The notes below the pieces were generated by a model. The model was not told the origin of the DNA and did no database searches. It was given only the letters and a program-made list of their open reading frames with translations. A stretch of DNA of 64,000 nt from Eledone cirrhosa (taxonomy: Eukaryota): positions 151,714,001-151,778,000 of the forward strand of contig OZ024740.1 in NCBI GenBank assembly GCA_964016885.1, written 5' to 3'. Shown here piece by piece: positions 13,874 to 28,060 of this stretch. A program made the position numbers and the translations under genes. The number at the start of each line of letters is the position of its first letter. Position 1 is the stretch's first letter.

Positions 13874-14978
13874 AATCAAGAAAGAAGAGTGACATGGTTT
13901 GCTATTACCCCGTATATATATATATATATATATATTGAAGACATTTTGACCCATCAGCTGCAACCTGAAAGCGGAAACAACTCCATGGCCTGCTGTTCTT
14001 TCACGTCCCATTAATGACTTTAACAAACTGAACACCAGTTGATGTCCGATGGCTAGCTGGTGGTGATGACAATTGTAGTGATAGTAGTGCTGGTAGCATT
14101 GGTGGTATTATAGCTGATAATATTAGTGCGGTTGGAGGTAATAATTAGCGAGAAATTTGGGGTTATGGCTCACTGCCAAGCATAAAATAAAATAAAATAT
14201 AAAATATATGACATATTGCTGACTCTGTAGAGAAGGATTCATGTTACTACTGACATTTGTCTATTGATAATTCTCACAAACCAAAGCGCTGGACGATCTT
14301 CGGTGGTGGTAGCCACCTACTTTCATATAACTTCAGGCACAATCACTACAAAGATTTGTACTTCATCTGCCTCTCTATGCACAAAAATAAGATTGAACTA
14401 CATCGACTTAAGTCACTAGAATATAAATTTCAGAGTTGTTCTTTTTTGGCAAATGATTTGATCTGTTGTTGGAACTAAAGCAATAAATATATATAAAATT
14501 CATTTTAGCAATTTAAAAACTCATAAAAACTGTTTACATTATATTAACATTTATTTATTACTATCAAGAAATATATGACAAATATAAAGTAAAGCTAAGA
14601 GTTCCTGTGATGTTTTAAGTAGCATATGTGATTCTTCCACGCATGTTGTAATTACTTTTTTATATATTGACGTTGTTACTGCTGTTGCTGTTGCTGATGT
14701 CGCCGCTGTTGTTGCTGGTTTAGTTGTTTAGACGTATGCCAGTCTGACTGAGTAAAAATGATCAAATTCATTTCATTTCCCCATGTGCAGGGAACTCATC
14801 ATCACATTATCCAACGTATAATTTTATGAAGCGGTAACGTAATATATTTGAGGGGTGGTGCTATTTCTAGCATTTCGAGTGACTAGGTACAGATTTGTTA
14901 TATCAATATCACCAAAAGTTGCACAACATTTTCAAAATGAATCGATAGTTATAGGAAGTAGCCTAGCATGGGAATATT

Positions 14979-15022
<44 letters not shown>

Positions 15023-15316
15023 GTAAAATTCCCGAGATCCATGGACGAGTTCTCTCCAGCGGTCTCTGTCCCTCATTATCGCTACCTTGTCTTGCGTCTC
15101 CAACAGACCAGTGTCTGTCCTTAGGGCATCAACATGCGTTAACCTTGGTCTTCCTCTTCCAGTGTGTCCATGTTGGGGCTCCTACAGGAGCACTAAGTGC
15201 AATGTCAACTCTGGATGTCGGTGAGCATGTGCAGCTAACCTCACTCTCCTCTGTGTCACTTTTGAGTGTATATATATATATATATATAATATATATGTAT
15301 ATATATATGTGTGTGT

Positions 15317-15396
<80 letters not shown>

Positions 15397-15582
15397 AAAA
15401 TTTGTTTTTGCTCTTACATGGTGGATACCTAAATGTATTCGTGAGTGAATAATAATATTATAATAATATCATAATATTATTAATATCCAGTATGTATGCA
15501 AGTAAACAGCCTCTTAAACACCATGTGTGTTTTCTAGATGACTAACTCCATTAAATTGTTCCAGCGGCAGCTGAGAGAAAAT

Positions 15583-15623
15583 AATCGACTATTGTTTCGG
15601 AGTTTTTGCTCCTCATCGAGACT
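15583..15623 (-). ncRNA. Hammerhead-like motif (TCGATGA core)
   Basis: agtc-TCGATGA-ggag-caaaaa-ctcc-GAAAC-aata-GTC-gatt. Confidence 0.5.
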
Positions 15624-15915
15624 GTGTATTCTCGTCACTGGTACCCACTGGAACTGCTGAGACTACACAGTAATCTCAAATGTATACATCGACTGATTAG
15701 CCTCATTTGCGACTTTACAGCCGGCTTTGCCGAAAATAGAAAAACACTTAAATAGGCTCTCTTGTACTATATTGAGCACTATTTGCTTTGCCTTACATCT
15801 ACGGATATTCTACACACTCTCCCATATATATATGGGGTGTTGGATATCCGTAGTATGTATGTATGTATGTATGTATGTATGTATGTATGTATGTATGTAT
15901 GTATGTATAAATATA

Positions 15916-16991
15916 CTAGCAGATTTACCCGGCGTTGCCCGGGGTTTGAAATTATGCTAAGAATTAAAAGGAAGGGCTTTGAAATTATGCTAGGAAGTAA
16001 AAGAAGAAAATCATTTGTCCCCAACCTGTCAAAATAAGCAGAAGTTTTCAATAATTAATGCAAACGAATATTTAGTGCAATCTTTGTACACATAAAACTA
16101 TGTTGATAATGAAGGAAAACACTGAACAGGATGTAGTTATACAAATGATTAAAGACAATACACGTTGCAAATCTGTAAAAAAAACAGGCAGTTTTGCTAA
16201 AGTACAAAAAGTTGTAATGAAAGCAGAGTTGTATACAAACAAAAAACAATGAGAGTAGAATAAGAGAAAATCTATTCTTTGAGAACATCCTTTGCTGTGT
16301 ATGCTTAAATTTTGAACTTATAATCCAAAATATGCTGCATGACATATTCATTGGCATGTTTTGTAATGAGTAAGGTGAAGTAAAGGCAGAGATGTAATAA
16401 GTGTTTTTGTTAACACTAAAGCACATCAGGATAGACGATACTCTTTGTTTTTCTTTTCGGAACAAACGCAAAGAGATTATCTCTACTGCCAACTCGAGAA
16501 CAGGCAACGTAGAATTGTCCGTGCGAAAAGCAAGGTTCATCCAAGTGAATTCCAGCGACAGACAGAATTTGACCTTGCGACTTGTTTATGGACATCGCAA
16601 AGGGGAAATTGGGTTCGGCGAAAGGAGAAGGGAGTATCCACGCTTAATGTAGTCAGGCTAATTTTTATTATTATCACATCCTCGCCTTTTCCACATCCGG
16701 ATAGAAAGGGTAGCGTCAATACTAAGTGGAGACAATTTTTTTAACCACAAGACCTGTACCATTGCACAGTTTTGGAGGAATGATATTTCTCAGCAATATA
16801 ACTGGTTATCTCCCTTAGATCATGCACTTTTGAAAAAATAATTTTGCTATCGAATTTTTATTGCTCAACGTGGGTCGATTTGAAAAATGTGTGTGATGTG
16901 ACCAACTTAGCGACAGGTGCAACGTGCACAGGAAATTTGGTCGAATTCGGTTGGGAATTGTAAAAGCCTTAGCAGTCCAAAGTTGTCAACA

Positions 16992-17069
<78 letters not shown>

Positions 17070-17155
17070 ACACACATAACACACACACACACACATACAC
17101 AGACACACAACACACACACACATAACACACACACTCGCTTTTATATATATATAGA
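15916..17155 (-). mobile_element. Non-autonomous Helitron with intact termini
   Basis: Minus strand: A|TCTATATATATATAAAAG 5' end; 3' hairpin CCCGG-gcaacg-CCGGG then CTAG|T; PIF1 helicase remnant inside. Confidence 0.9.
16440..16640 (-). pseudogene. Helitron RepHel PIF1-helicase C-terminal remnant
   Basis: Translates to FAMSINKSQGQILSVAGIHLDEPCFSHGQFYVACSRVG. Confidence 0.88.
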
Positions 17156-17160
17156 TATAA

Positions 17161-17463
17161 GTAAAAAACAAAAAACAAAACCAATAACGAAGAGTGTAGT
17201 ACAAACAGTGTTGGTATTAGGTTCACGCTCGAAAATGCAACTGGAGTCTTTTTAAGAATATTTATGTTTCCTTTACCGGTTTCACAGTTCTTATGGTTTT
17301 CAAAAGTAGAATTGAGATGGAGGGTTTGTGGTTTGTCTCGCGAGAAAAAACACAAACCCTCCATCTCAATTCTACTTTTGAAAAGCATGAGAACAGTGAA
17401 ACCGGTAAAGTAAACAAATGAATATTCTTTAAAAGACTCCAGTTGCATTTTCGATTTCTTTTC

Positions 17464-17467
<4 letters not shown>
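17161..17467 (+). mobile_element. Fold-back element family E (~225 bp palindrome)
   Basis: Arms 17229-17340 / 17341-17453 centred on TCTCG|CGAGA; related to 61453-61890. Confidence 0.85.
17373..17412 (+). ncRNA. Hammerhead variant with U3-A8 core
   Basis: tactt-TTGAAAA-...-GAAAC-CG-GTA-aagta. Confidence 0.5.
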
Positions 17468-17507
<40 letters not shown>

Positions 17508-17511
<4 letters not shown>

Positions 17512-17723
17512 ATATTAAATAAATGGAAACTATATTTATAAAACCATATTTATTTCATTATATATATTTCAGGGATATCATATTAACAATATGTTATGCC
17601 TTCTTCAGACAAAATACAATATAGACAGTTTTATAGATAAATATATTCCAAATACTTGTTGAGTGCTTTTATATCAGTTATAAATATTTACTAGTTGTAA
17701 CCCAACAATTTAAATATAACTTT

Positions 17724-17726
<3 letters not shown>
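17508..17726 (-). mobile_element. Naiad-type PLE terminus in (TA)n, with hammerhead at 17551-17616
   Basis: Matches termini at 43045-43290, 51228 and 61415; minus strand tattttgt-CTGAAGA-...-GAAA-TATATA-TA-atgaaata. Confidence 0.8.
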
Positions 17727-17776
<50 letters not shown>

Positions 17777-18047
17777 CTTAAAGATAGGAATAAGAATAAG
17801 AAGAAAGCAAGAACGCGGGGGGAGTTTTCCTCATCAGTTGTCTACTAGGGATCTCGGATATATATATATATATATATTAGAACAGCGTTTTGACTTGTAT
17901 CAGACGTTGTGACTAAAGGTGGACCAGCAGTACCGTTGGTATGGATCAAAACTCTCAAAGTCGACTTCAACGGCCGATGACCATGGAGTTCTGTCTTTCG
18001 TTTGTATTTTTATTTTCAAAAAATTGTTTTTCGTATATATATATATA

Positions 18048-18165
<118 letters not shown>

Positions 18166-18199
18166 AGTGAGTGAGAGTGAGTGAGAGAGAGAGAGAGAA

Positions 18200-18371
18200 A
18201 TGTTTTCTTTTTTAAGCTGTACGCGGATATCTCCCATCATAAACGAACCCATGAGTCTCATGAGCTATTGATTCCAGAGTCGGGCCTGATCGATACTGAA
18301 CGAACCTTGAGCCTATCAACCATGAAACACGCGTCACACCTATATATATATGTGTTCGTTTGTGTGTATAT

Positions 18372-18419
<48 letters not shown>

Positions 18420-18490
18420 GTTCATACACACACACACACCCACACACATATATATAGGTGTGACGCGTGTTTCATGATTGATTGGCTCAA
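18200..18490. mobile_element. Two tail-to-tail termini of a hammerhead-bearing family related to 27541-27932
   Basis: GAAAC-ACGC-GTC-acacc-(TA)n at ~18324-18340 and its inverse at ~18457-18490. Confidence 0.65.
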
Positions 18491-18504
18491 TATATATATA
18501 TAAT

Positions 18505-18891
18505 GTATGTTCTTCACACGTGGTTAGAATTCCTAACAGAGTTCAATGACCTGCGTGTATATTATTTTATGTTTTACGATGACCTCCCCTTCCCATTTGG
18601 GGACAGTGTGAAATTTCTTTTTGAAGGACTGCTGGACTTTCAAAATTAGCGTTCCTTCTAGCACTGATATTCCCACCTTGTAGAGATCTTATAACGAAAC
18701 GATCGTATGGAAAGAGATATTTATTTAATTGTGTCTCATATAAAATAATACAGTCGACTATCCACGAAATACAATATAGTTAGCACCACAAACGTATAAT
18801 TGGGATTATACTCAGGTATATCCTAATGTTTGTTGAGTGAGATTGGAGTTGATCGGAGTATCGCTAAAAGCTTTCTCTGTTAATGTATTAA

Positions 18892-18892
<1 letters not shown>
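18505..18892 (+). mobile_element. Repeat family C copy (hammerhead 5' half deleted)
   Basis: Homologous to 6150-6684; retains GAAAC-GATC-GTA. Confidence 0.8.
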
Positions 18893-18958
<66 letters not shown>

Positions 18959-19009
18959 TACATATACACACATACGAACACATTGTCACACACTTAATTT
19001 TCGACTACT

Positions 19010-19057
<48 letters not shown>

Positions 19058-19419
19058 TTACACCACAATTTCACCTACAACAAACATCACTACCGCTATC
19101 ACCACTACCTAGCTTCACAACCATCGAACAAAGATGCTCAGCCCTCTATTCCCGTTAATCTTCAACCTTACAGAATGCCACTTAGATTAGGGTCATTGCA
19201 TGAGATGAAAAGCGGAGCCAACTATACAGTCGAGTGACGAGATGATGTGCTTCGTATCTTACGTTTACGGGTTGAAGGAAGGGTGTACTGTTGCTAAGAT
19301 ACAAACAACAAGCTTGCGCCTTCTCTTCTTACACTTTAACCCTGACTGACATATAAGGGGTGGTTAGCTACTCTTTCTTTATTGGGTAAGTAGCTGAAGA
19401 CTCTGCAATCAAGCTTAGC

Positions 19420-20850
19420 TGATAGTGAGTGAGTAATGGTGATTTTATTAGTGGCGGTGATAAGGGAGATGTTGGTGATAGTGGTAATAGTGGTTGGCAA
19501 TGTTGGTGACGGAATTACAAGTGGTGGACGTTTTTAATATAGGTGGGAGTGGGGGGGGGGGTATAGGTGCTTCAAACTCTGCACTCAAACTTGGTTGAGA
19601 GTGAGTGAGTGTGTGGTGTTGGTAATGGTGATTTTATTAGTGGTGTTGATGGTGGTAGTGCTGGCGGTGAGGATGGTGACCGTAACGATAATGGCAATGG
19701 TGCGAGTTGTGGTGGTGATAATGTTTTTAATGGTGATGGTTGTGTTAGTAATGACAGTAGTGGTAGCGATAGTGGCGACGTTAGTTTTGTGGTGACAAAG
19801 TGAAACGGGGTAGTTTGAATGTAATATCATTGGTCGTCATGGAAACAACATAAAACGTTTAACTTCAATCTGAGAATAGAAAATATATGAACAACAGTGA
19901 ATAGATTTGTCCATAATATATTTATGATACTGACTGTATCATCCCCTAAACCACACTGTCACACTACCACACCACCAAATAGCCACGTCACTACACCCCC
20001 CACTTCCCCATATAATCATATCACTACATCCTCATATCACAATATCACATCACGATATTGTCACACAACATCACAACACCACACCACATCACAAACACGC
20101 ATCACATCACCCCCATCCTTACAACAACACACTCCCATCACCATATCACCACACCATCACATCTCCACATTGCCCCAAAACAGTGCGATCACACCACGAT
20201 TTCGCCACAATATCACCACCATACACCTACCATATATCCACTACAGTACCACCATCACCACACTACCACACATATCATCTCCAATAAACTACCACAGCAA
20301 CCAGCATACCACCACTGTATCACTACTATAACACCACAATCCTCATCACACCACTACCAAATGACCACTACAATCATCACCTTGATAGAACCCCTACATC
20401 AACTACAACAACACCACACTCATCATTACAGCTCCGCAGCCTCACCACCGCAGCCTCACCACCGCAGCCTCACCTCATTCATTCTCATACCCACCACACT
20501 CATCATCATCCCTTTACCACTATACTCAACCCCATAACACAACCATTATGTCCACCACTACATCTACCACTACATCCCCCACTACATCACCACACTTACC
20601 ATCATAACTGTATCAGGTGGAATAGTAGACTATTCCACTTCCACCACCCAAATCACCTCATTTACCACCATACTATCGCCATACCCTCCAACACCACTTC
20701 ACTACCACTAACTCAGCACTATACCCATTTCCAAAGCACAACTACTACATCCACTACCATGCTTACATTCACCATCACACAAACACCACGGTTTACCACT
20801 TCATTCACCCACATACTATCGCCACATTCACTATCACTACTGCAAGTACA
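19420..20850. repeat. Degenerate (GGT)n/(ACC)n low-complexity region
   Basis: Trinucleotide-like composition. Confidence 0.7.
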
Positions 20851-21414
20851 GTCGCCCTGACGATCTTCCAAAACATTTTCATCTACCCAATTTCCCTCAT
20901 AAGGTTTGGGTCGGCCCGAGACTATACTAGATGAAACTTGATGAATATTCCACGTAATGGGATTGAATCCGGACCTAACGATTGTTGTGCCCATGGATCG
21001 ATAAGTACAACTCATTGCAATGTAAGGAAACACTATCATATTTTGAAAATATGGAACATTCGGTAGGTTTGAAATTCTTAGAAAATGTAAGTCCCAAAAT
21101 GAAGATAAGTTTAAACACAGACTATTGCTATAAGTACGTTAGAGGATAGGATAAAACACCTATGTAGACGGAAAGGAGTGGCCAGCAACCACTTTTTGAG
21201 AGGTATACAGTTCGATTCTTCGTATTCGCCGAGGGGCACTTTTCTCCGCCTGTAGGGGCATATTACCCGATTTTCTGAGCTATTATTCATAGTAATCGAC
21301 CCTGGGTTCTAGTTTTCTGCGTTTGGGATTCCTACATTTTCTAACTTTTATATTTATTTTTTATTTATTATTATTTTTCATTTTTTGCTCAGAGCAGGGT
21401 GAGGGATTGGCTGT

Positions 21415-21735
21415 ATCGATAGAACATCGAACAAACTTCTTTGCGATATATAGTTACGACTTTCCGTGTTCAAAGTTCAAATGATGTCGAGATCAACTTT
21501 GCTTTTCATAAAGAACCATTTAAGTACTGGGGTCAATATAATGACCTTTTCCCTTCCCCTAAATTGCAAACCTTGTAACAAATGTTAGAAATAATCATTA
21601 TTTAAAATCGCCGAGGTTAAATTTATTTTTCAGCCATCCGCTGTCAATAAACTAAAGTATCATTGCAGTACTGGGGTCGATGAAATCGAATTTCTCTTTA
21701 CACCAAATATCTGACCTCGAGGCAATATTAAAAAT
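21415..21735 (+). mobile_element. Degenerate Octopus-type SINE copies
   Basis: gttcaaatgatgtcgagatcaactttgc..agtactggggtc. Confidence 0.6.
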
Positions 21736-22159
21736 GATTATTTTGCGCAGACCAATGGTGAGTTCAATTGATGCTTTAGATATGTGAATTGCCAGGAATA
21801 TCCTGTACAAATGTAATAATATATTATAAGTGAAGTGAGGGTGTTGATACAGAATGGAATCAACAGAAGAATAGCAATTTTTGTTAAACATGACAAAAGT
21901 TCTACCACAGAACCAGGAAGATGCCAAGCAATGTTATTTCAGGTGTTTTACTACATTTTATTCTACAACATGAACTGATTAAACTTTTTTACACTGAAGC
22001 CTTATGTTTGCTTCAAGGCGTCGATTTGGTTCACTGATATAACGTTGAATATACCTACCCCGAACGGGTGTATGCGTAGGTACCTAACATATACATGTGT
22101 GTATGTGAATATGTACACCCACACACGTCCACACTCACGCACACACATATACACTTACA

Positions 22160-22251
<92 letters not shown>

Positions 22252-22717
22252 CCAAGTGTTTATATAGAGTAGACAAAGAAAAAGACCACTTTATGTTATG
22301 TACAGAGGTTTCAAAGTCTACTCTAGCATCGGTCTTACAGATTGTATATGTTAGTATTGTTTATCTTCAGGCAATACCAAGATGGCCGGTCTTATTTTCA
22401 TGGGATCTCGTCAAGTGCAAGGGAGGTAATCATAATGTAATAATTATTTTGTGTTTTTGTCATTCACTCCTGTGTCTGTAATAATTGTAAATATAAAAGT
22501 GTCTGTGTTTTGTGTATGTGTATGTTTGTGTTTTCCTATGTATAATTTATTATTTATGTGATATTTATGCGTATATTATTTATATAGATTATTGTACCTA
22601 AACGATTTAGATGAGTATGGTGTGTGTATGCTTTACACTAATTTAGTGGACTAAGGTGGATGTAAATTAGTGGTGTTTTCTGTTTGGGCGTGTATTCTGT
22701 TGAGAGGAAATTTGATC

Positions 22718-23262
22718 TTATATGCGGACATCCACTGAATAATTATTTTTAGCGTTTAATAATTTATCAGAGGATTTTAGCCTCTGTAAAATCCTTAACT
22801 TTTTAATTAAGCAAATTGAAGATCTTTTTGTTCCTTTAATGTAAAGACATGACCTATCCAGGATGTTACATTTAATCATGTCTGGTATAACTTTATCGTT
22901 CAGTTCCCAAGCACGATTAGCCAGTGTCATGGTTGTCTCTAATTCCTGGTTATTCAAAGACGCAATATATGAGTAGTATGATTGTTTAAATCGATCCTCT
23001 ATCATCCGCATATATCTTTCACTGCTCGCGGTATTGTTGGTTAAACGTGGTAACGTCGTATACGACGGAATTCATATTACATTTTTGTCGCAAAGGACAT
23101 TTATCTTTGTACTTGCATGAACATCCTGGGCTTACATCAGATTTCAAAACCAAATTTTTGTTTTTATGGAAGATCTAAATGAAGATCTAAATGAAATTTC
23201 ACAATATCTTTCCTATGTTTATGAGGAAATGTTTGTCTAATTCTAAGAATGTTTTGTCATTT
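22718..23262 (-). pseudogene. Degenerate Naiad-type PLE GIY-YIG fragment
   Basis: LDKHF, CSCKYKDKCPL, VVY, RF..SY, WELNDK, ICLIKKLRI, LLN. Confidence 0.75.
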
Positions 23263-23264
23263 AT

Positions 23265-23760
23265 TGATCTCTGTCCCTGAATTGCCTTGTACCATGTATC
23301 TATAGTGGTCTTTGTGCTGGAAGGTGTTCATATTAAAGAGTTCATTACTAGAACAGAAGTCTAATAAAGTCTCTCCATTCGTATTTAAATCGGGTTCGCT
23401 GCTCCTTCCAATCACTTCTTTCTATTTCCGGTGGTCAGTGCCAACATGTGCATTGAAGTCCCCCATTAGGAAATATGTCTACGTCTTGACGATATCTAAC
23501 GTTACAGTGTCTTCGTCAAGGAAGGATCTATTTTCAGGATCTCTGTTTGGTGCAAACTGCAACACCCGCAGAAGTTTCAAGACGCAAACCCTCTCTACCA
23601 TTTTGATAGCCGGGCGTTTGTGCGTATCCCCAATCCCGCCTAAGCAGTCATTTCTGACGCCAAACCTGAATAGTGGAGATTCCATCCTCCATCCAAATCT
23701 ACAGTACCGGACCCACGTAACTTTGTTGAGAGAAACCCAACTATATAGCAACTGATAGCA
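23265..23760 (-). pseudogene. RTE-like AP-endonuclease fragment
   Basis: LRVLQFAPN; FLMGDFNAHVG. Confidence 0.7.
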
Positions 23761-24086
23761 TCTGGCCTCTCACATTAGTTCCTGCTCCTTACCACATGAA
23801 GTGAAAGGGGCAATTACGGATTCTCCGTTGCTTTTATCATTTCGCTTTCGATAAAATAAAGTATTATCAAGTACTGGGGTCTATTTATTCGACTCCATCT
23901 TCTCCCAAAACGTTTGGCCTTGTGGCCTTGTGACTGAATTTGAACTCATTCCCTCTGTTTATTTATTCAACACTTACTTTCGTCATGGCACCAACTAGTT
24001 TCTTATTAATCGTAAAGTCATTTAGTTAATGTAAGATTCGAATTATGTTGCATCGTGTAATGTACACGCACACACATATACATATA

Positions 24087-24138
<52 letters not shown>

Positions 24139-24664
24139 ATGTGTCCATATTAATCTGGGAAAATAGACACACACACACTTCTCGGTAGAATTGTTCTGCT
24201 AGTGAACGGGTCGCAGGTGGCGGATAGCAATGCCACCACCAGATACGATAGTTGCAATATAGGCGGGTTCCTGTCGGACGAATAAGCAACTCTGGACGAA
24301 CAGCGGTAAATAAACTACTACGTAAGATGAAGCAATGAGTGGTGCTTAGCTCCCACAAAAACTCATACAACCAAGTATTGTAGCTACGACGAGGCAAGTA
24401 GATGCCGCTTCTAAAAAAGTCTAATCTTAGTAGGTCCGAGAAAAGTACTAAAATGATGACTGGCTCGAATGAGACCATCAAAACACTGCAATATGTCCAG
24501 AAACAATTGAGGCAGTGATACTACATCGTTATTAGCGCTCGATAACAAGCAGAGCGTTCAGGTTGGAATGCATGCTTGAGGAATCTGCACTATGAGTCTC
24601 ACAGGAGTAAGTGAGCGAAGAACACACATACACACGTACTCATACATACATATACATATAATAT

Positions 24665-25146
24665 ATCGGTAGAAAGTCGGACGCCATGCTTTGCAGTATA
24701 GAGTTACGGCCGTTTGACGTTCAAATCCCGCCTAGGTTAACTTTGCCTTTCGCCCTTATGGGGTCGATAAAATAAAGCACCAGTAATGCACTGGATTAAT
24801 TGCAGGCCTTGTGCCAATAGTAAAAACAATTATTAATTGGGGGCGGCGCATTGGCAGTATCGGTAGACTGTGGGACAACATTCGTTGTGGCATAGAGTTA
24901 CGGCCCTTTAACTTCTTAGTTCTAGTCCCACCAAGATTACTTTGCCTTTCATCCTTACGGGGTCGATAAAATAAAGCGCCAGTCACGCACAGTGGTCGAT
25001 TTAATCGATTTTCCCTCCACTAAAATTTCTGGCCTTGTGCCTAAATCAAAAACTATTTTTGCCTTTCATCCTTATGGGGTCGATGAAATAAAGTACTAGT
25101 AATGCACTGGGTAATTGCTGGCCTTGTGCCTAAAGTAGAAACAATT
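24665..25146 (+). mobile_element. Three tandem Octopus-type SINE copies
   Basis: Same consensus as 13033. Confidence 0.85.
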
Positions 25147-25170
25147 ATTATTATATGTGTTAGTATGTAA

Positions 25171-25219
<49 letters not shown>

Positions 25220-26041
25220 AGAGGGAGATTGATAGATTATATGGATATACATATGCACACGCACGTGTGTGCATTTGTATGTGGTTTGTATTTTTTGTGT
25301 TAGTGCGTATGTATGTCTATATAAAAGTGCGTATATATTTAAATAATATGATGAATCGTTTTTATAAACTTCCTTTTATTCGGGACTCCACACCAAATCC
25401 CCTTAAATGTTGGCGAGGTCGAGTGTCCCGGAGAGAAAGGAAGGGGATTGAAGTGACAGAAAAGAAGCCGTCTGGAGGTGAGATGATGGTGTTTCTTCCT
25501 GGGATAGTGGAGATGGCGGTGTGAATAATAAACTCATATATACGTGCGTGCACACATACACAAATACAATACACATAGACGCATGTACAAAGTTATATAT
25601 ATACTTATACATTGAAGCACTTTACGTATATACACTAGCGAACACAGAAACACACGCCAGCTCATACCCACCCACACACTCACATACGCACAGACACGCA
25701 GACACACAGTTAAACGCATAGTGCCACACACTCACATACTGCGCTTTGAAAGTTACATAGCATGACAGAACAGAACGAAAAATATTAAGAAGGGGCGATG
25801 CTAGTGAAAATTGATGTTGTTTGAGGTTAGAAAGATGAAAATAGGAGGAGTATATTTGTGGTAGGTTAGGGTTACCATGAAGGTAGATAGGGATCTTTCA
25901 TCTGACCTGTCTAACCCAGTTTCCCTCCACATTTTAACATTTCTTTTGAACTATTTACACAAACGGCCGGTCATTTCTTCACCCCCTTCTGTATTCTACT
26001 TCTACCCCAACTCTTCATTTTTATTTTATTTTTCGCCTGTC

Positions 26042-26072
<31 letters not shown>

Positions 26073-26566
26073 CTTCTTCTTCTTCTTCTTCAGTAGAAGG
26101 TGTCTAAACGGCAAAGTAAAAGCCACATCCACAACAACAACAACATTGATCGAGATCTTTGATCGAATATATTCAAACCGTTAACATTCTATCGTTTTGG
26201 TGCTATCTAGGCCTACATTATCGTATAGGTTCTCCAAATGTCGATGGGGTAGTGTGATTTTTAAGAAAAATTAAGCTGTTGTTATTGTTGCAAATGCTGA
26301 TGTATGGAGATGATTAGATGAAACACCCGGCAGTGAATACTTTAACATATTTACAGTGAAGATGTTAACAAGAAAACTAGAAACATTTACTTATTTCCCT
26401 TATAAATTATATACAAATAAAAAAAATTCAACAATTGCTGTAGTCTCCTCGGAGAATATCCACATCAACCAACATCACAATGAAATACGTAACAGCTGAA
26501 CATTACCAAACACTACCAAATACAATAGCATCACTGAAATAGCGGTACTCATTTGTATATCATTAT

Positions 26567-26755
26567 GGTCGGTGGATTGGCAGTATCAGTAGAGAGTCGG
26601 ACGCCATGCTTTCCAGCATAGTTACGTCCCTTTACGGTCTGAGTTCAAATCCCGCTGAGGTTTACTTTGCCGTTCATCCTTACGGGGTCGATAAAATAAA
26701 GTACCAGTAATGTACTGGGTAATTGCTGGCCTTGTGCCAAAAGTAGAAACAGTTA
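26567..26755 (+). mobile_element. Octopus-type SINE
   Basis: Same consensus as 13033. Confidence 0.9.
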
Positions 26756-26790
26756 TTGTTTAACTAAAGAATTTTAATACATATTTTGTA

Positions 26791-27160
26791 CTTAGACCCG
26801 TACTGCCGAGTTCCTCCGCAAGATCGGAGCGTCGGCGGCCCGTCTGAGAAGGGAGCCCCGTGAGGTTGGGTGGCTGTTGCAGCGGGTGTTACTGGCTATC
26901 GTTCGGGGGAATGCTTTTGCCGTCTTGTCAGCGGGGTGTAGCACTTCATCCCTCTTGCCCTAGGCACAAAGCCCAATCACCCTCCCCTTCACTCCTCCCC
27001 TCTTTTCTGCGACATCAGAGCTCATTCCATCCCAACCCCTTCCCGTTCTTTCTCTCCTTTTTTTTTCTCTATATTTCCATATTTTTTGTTTCCTTTTTGT
27101 TTCCCGTTCTTTAAATAAATAGTGTTCCAGTTGTTAAATTTGTAAAAAAAATTTAAAAAA
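26791..27160 (+). mobile_element. 3' fragment of a CRE-like (RLE) non-LTR retrotransposon
   Basis: TAEFLRKIG...PREVGWLLQRVLLAIVRGNAFAVL; AATAAA and A-rich tail. Confidence 0.7.
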
Positions 27161-27469
27161 ATTTCTACATTGAACCAAAGTAATACAATTATATTGATTC
27201 ACATTGATAATTTTGATATGTAAACATGGATTTCTTCGTGATTGCTTGGTGGCGTAGATATACTCTTATGAGAGCACTACAATGGGTCAATATCGATTAA
27301 GGATGTTCACCACTTTTTCAATTTAGAAGTACGTATATTTGAGATGTTTACATATTTGTATAGCCAATGCGTATATTTATATGCACACTACGCAGTCTCA
27401 GTTAACTCAATAGTCTATATATGAATTTATTATTCATATATATATATATATATTTGCACACACACACAA

Positions 27470-27540
<71 letters not shown>

Positions 27541-27932
27541 CCCAGGTAGTGTAACTTGGAGTTACTGTAGGTTCACCCGGGTGAGCACTCGATGTTTAGG
27601 TTCACTTCAGTGTCGAGGTGTAGAGCTAGACAGAGTGTATTATAGTGAAAAGATAACTAGGACGATTGGTTAATCCTTCATTACATTTATTGGTTGGTGA
27701 GGCGCGTTTCGCCACTGATCAACTCAAGGTTCGATCTGTATCGATCTGTAATCTGCGGCTCGTCGGACCCCTTTTTCTGCTAGCATTACAAGGGGTCCAG
27801 CAAGACGCAGATTACAGAGTCGGATAATATCGATACAGATCGAACCTTGAGCTGATCAGTGGCGAAACGCGCGTCACCAACCAATAAATGTAATGAAGGA
27901 GTAACCAATCGTCCTTGTTATCTTTTCACTAT
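27541..27932 (+). mobile_element. Fold-back element in (TA)n with hammerhead (minus arm ~27694-27773)
   Basis: Arms ~27639-27775 / ~27790-27932; ggt-CCGACGA-gccgc..gtggc-GAAAC-GCGC-(G/C)TC-acc; ~100 bp extension. Confidence 0.85.
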
Positions 27933-27939
27933 ATATATA

Positions 27940-27971
<32 letters not shown>

Positions 27972-28060
27972 AATATATAAATATATATATATAAATATAT
28001 AAATATATATATATATATAAATATATAAATACATATATATATAAATATATAAATATATAT

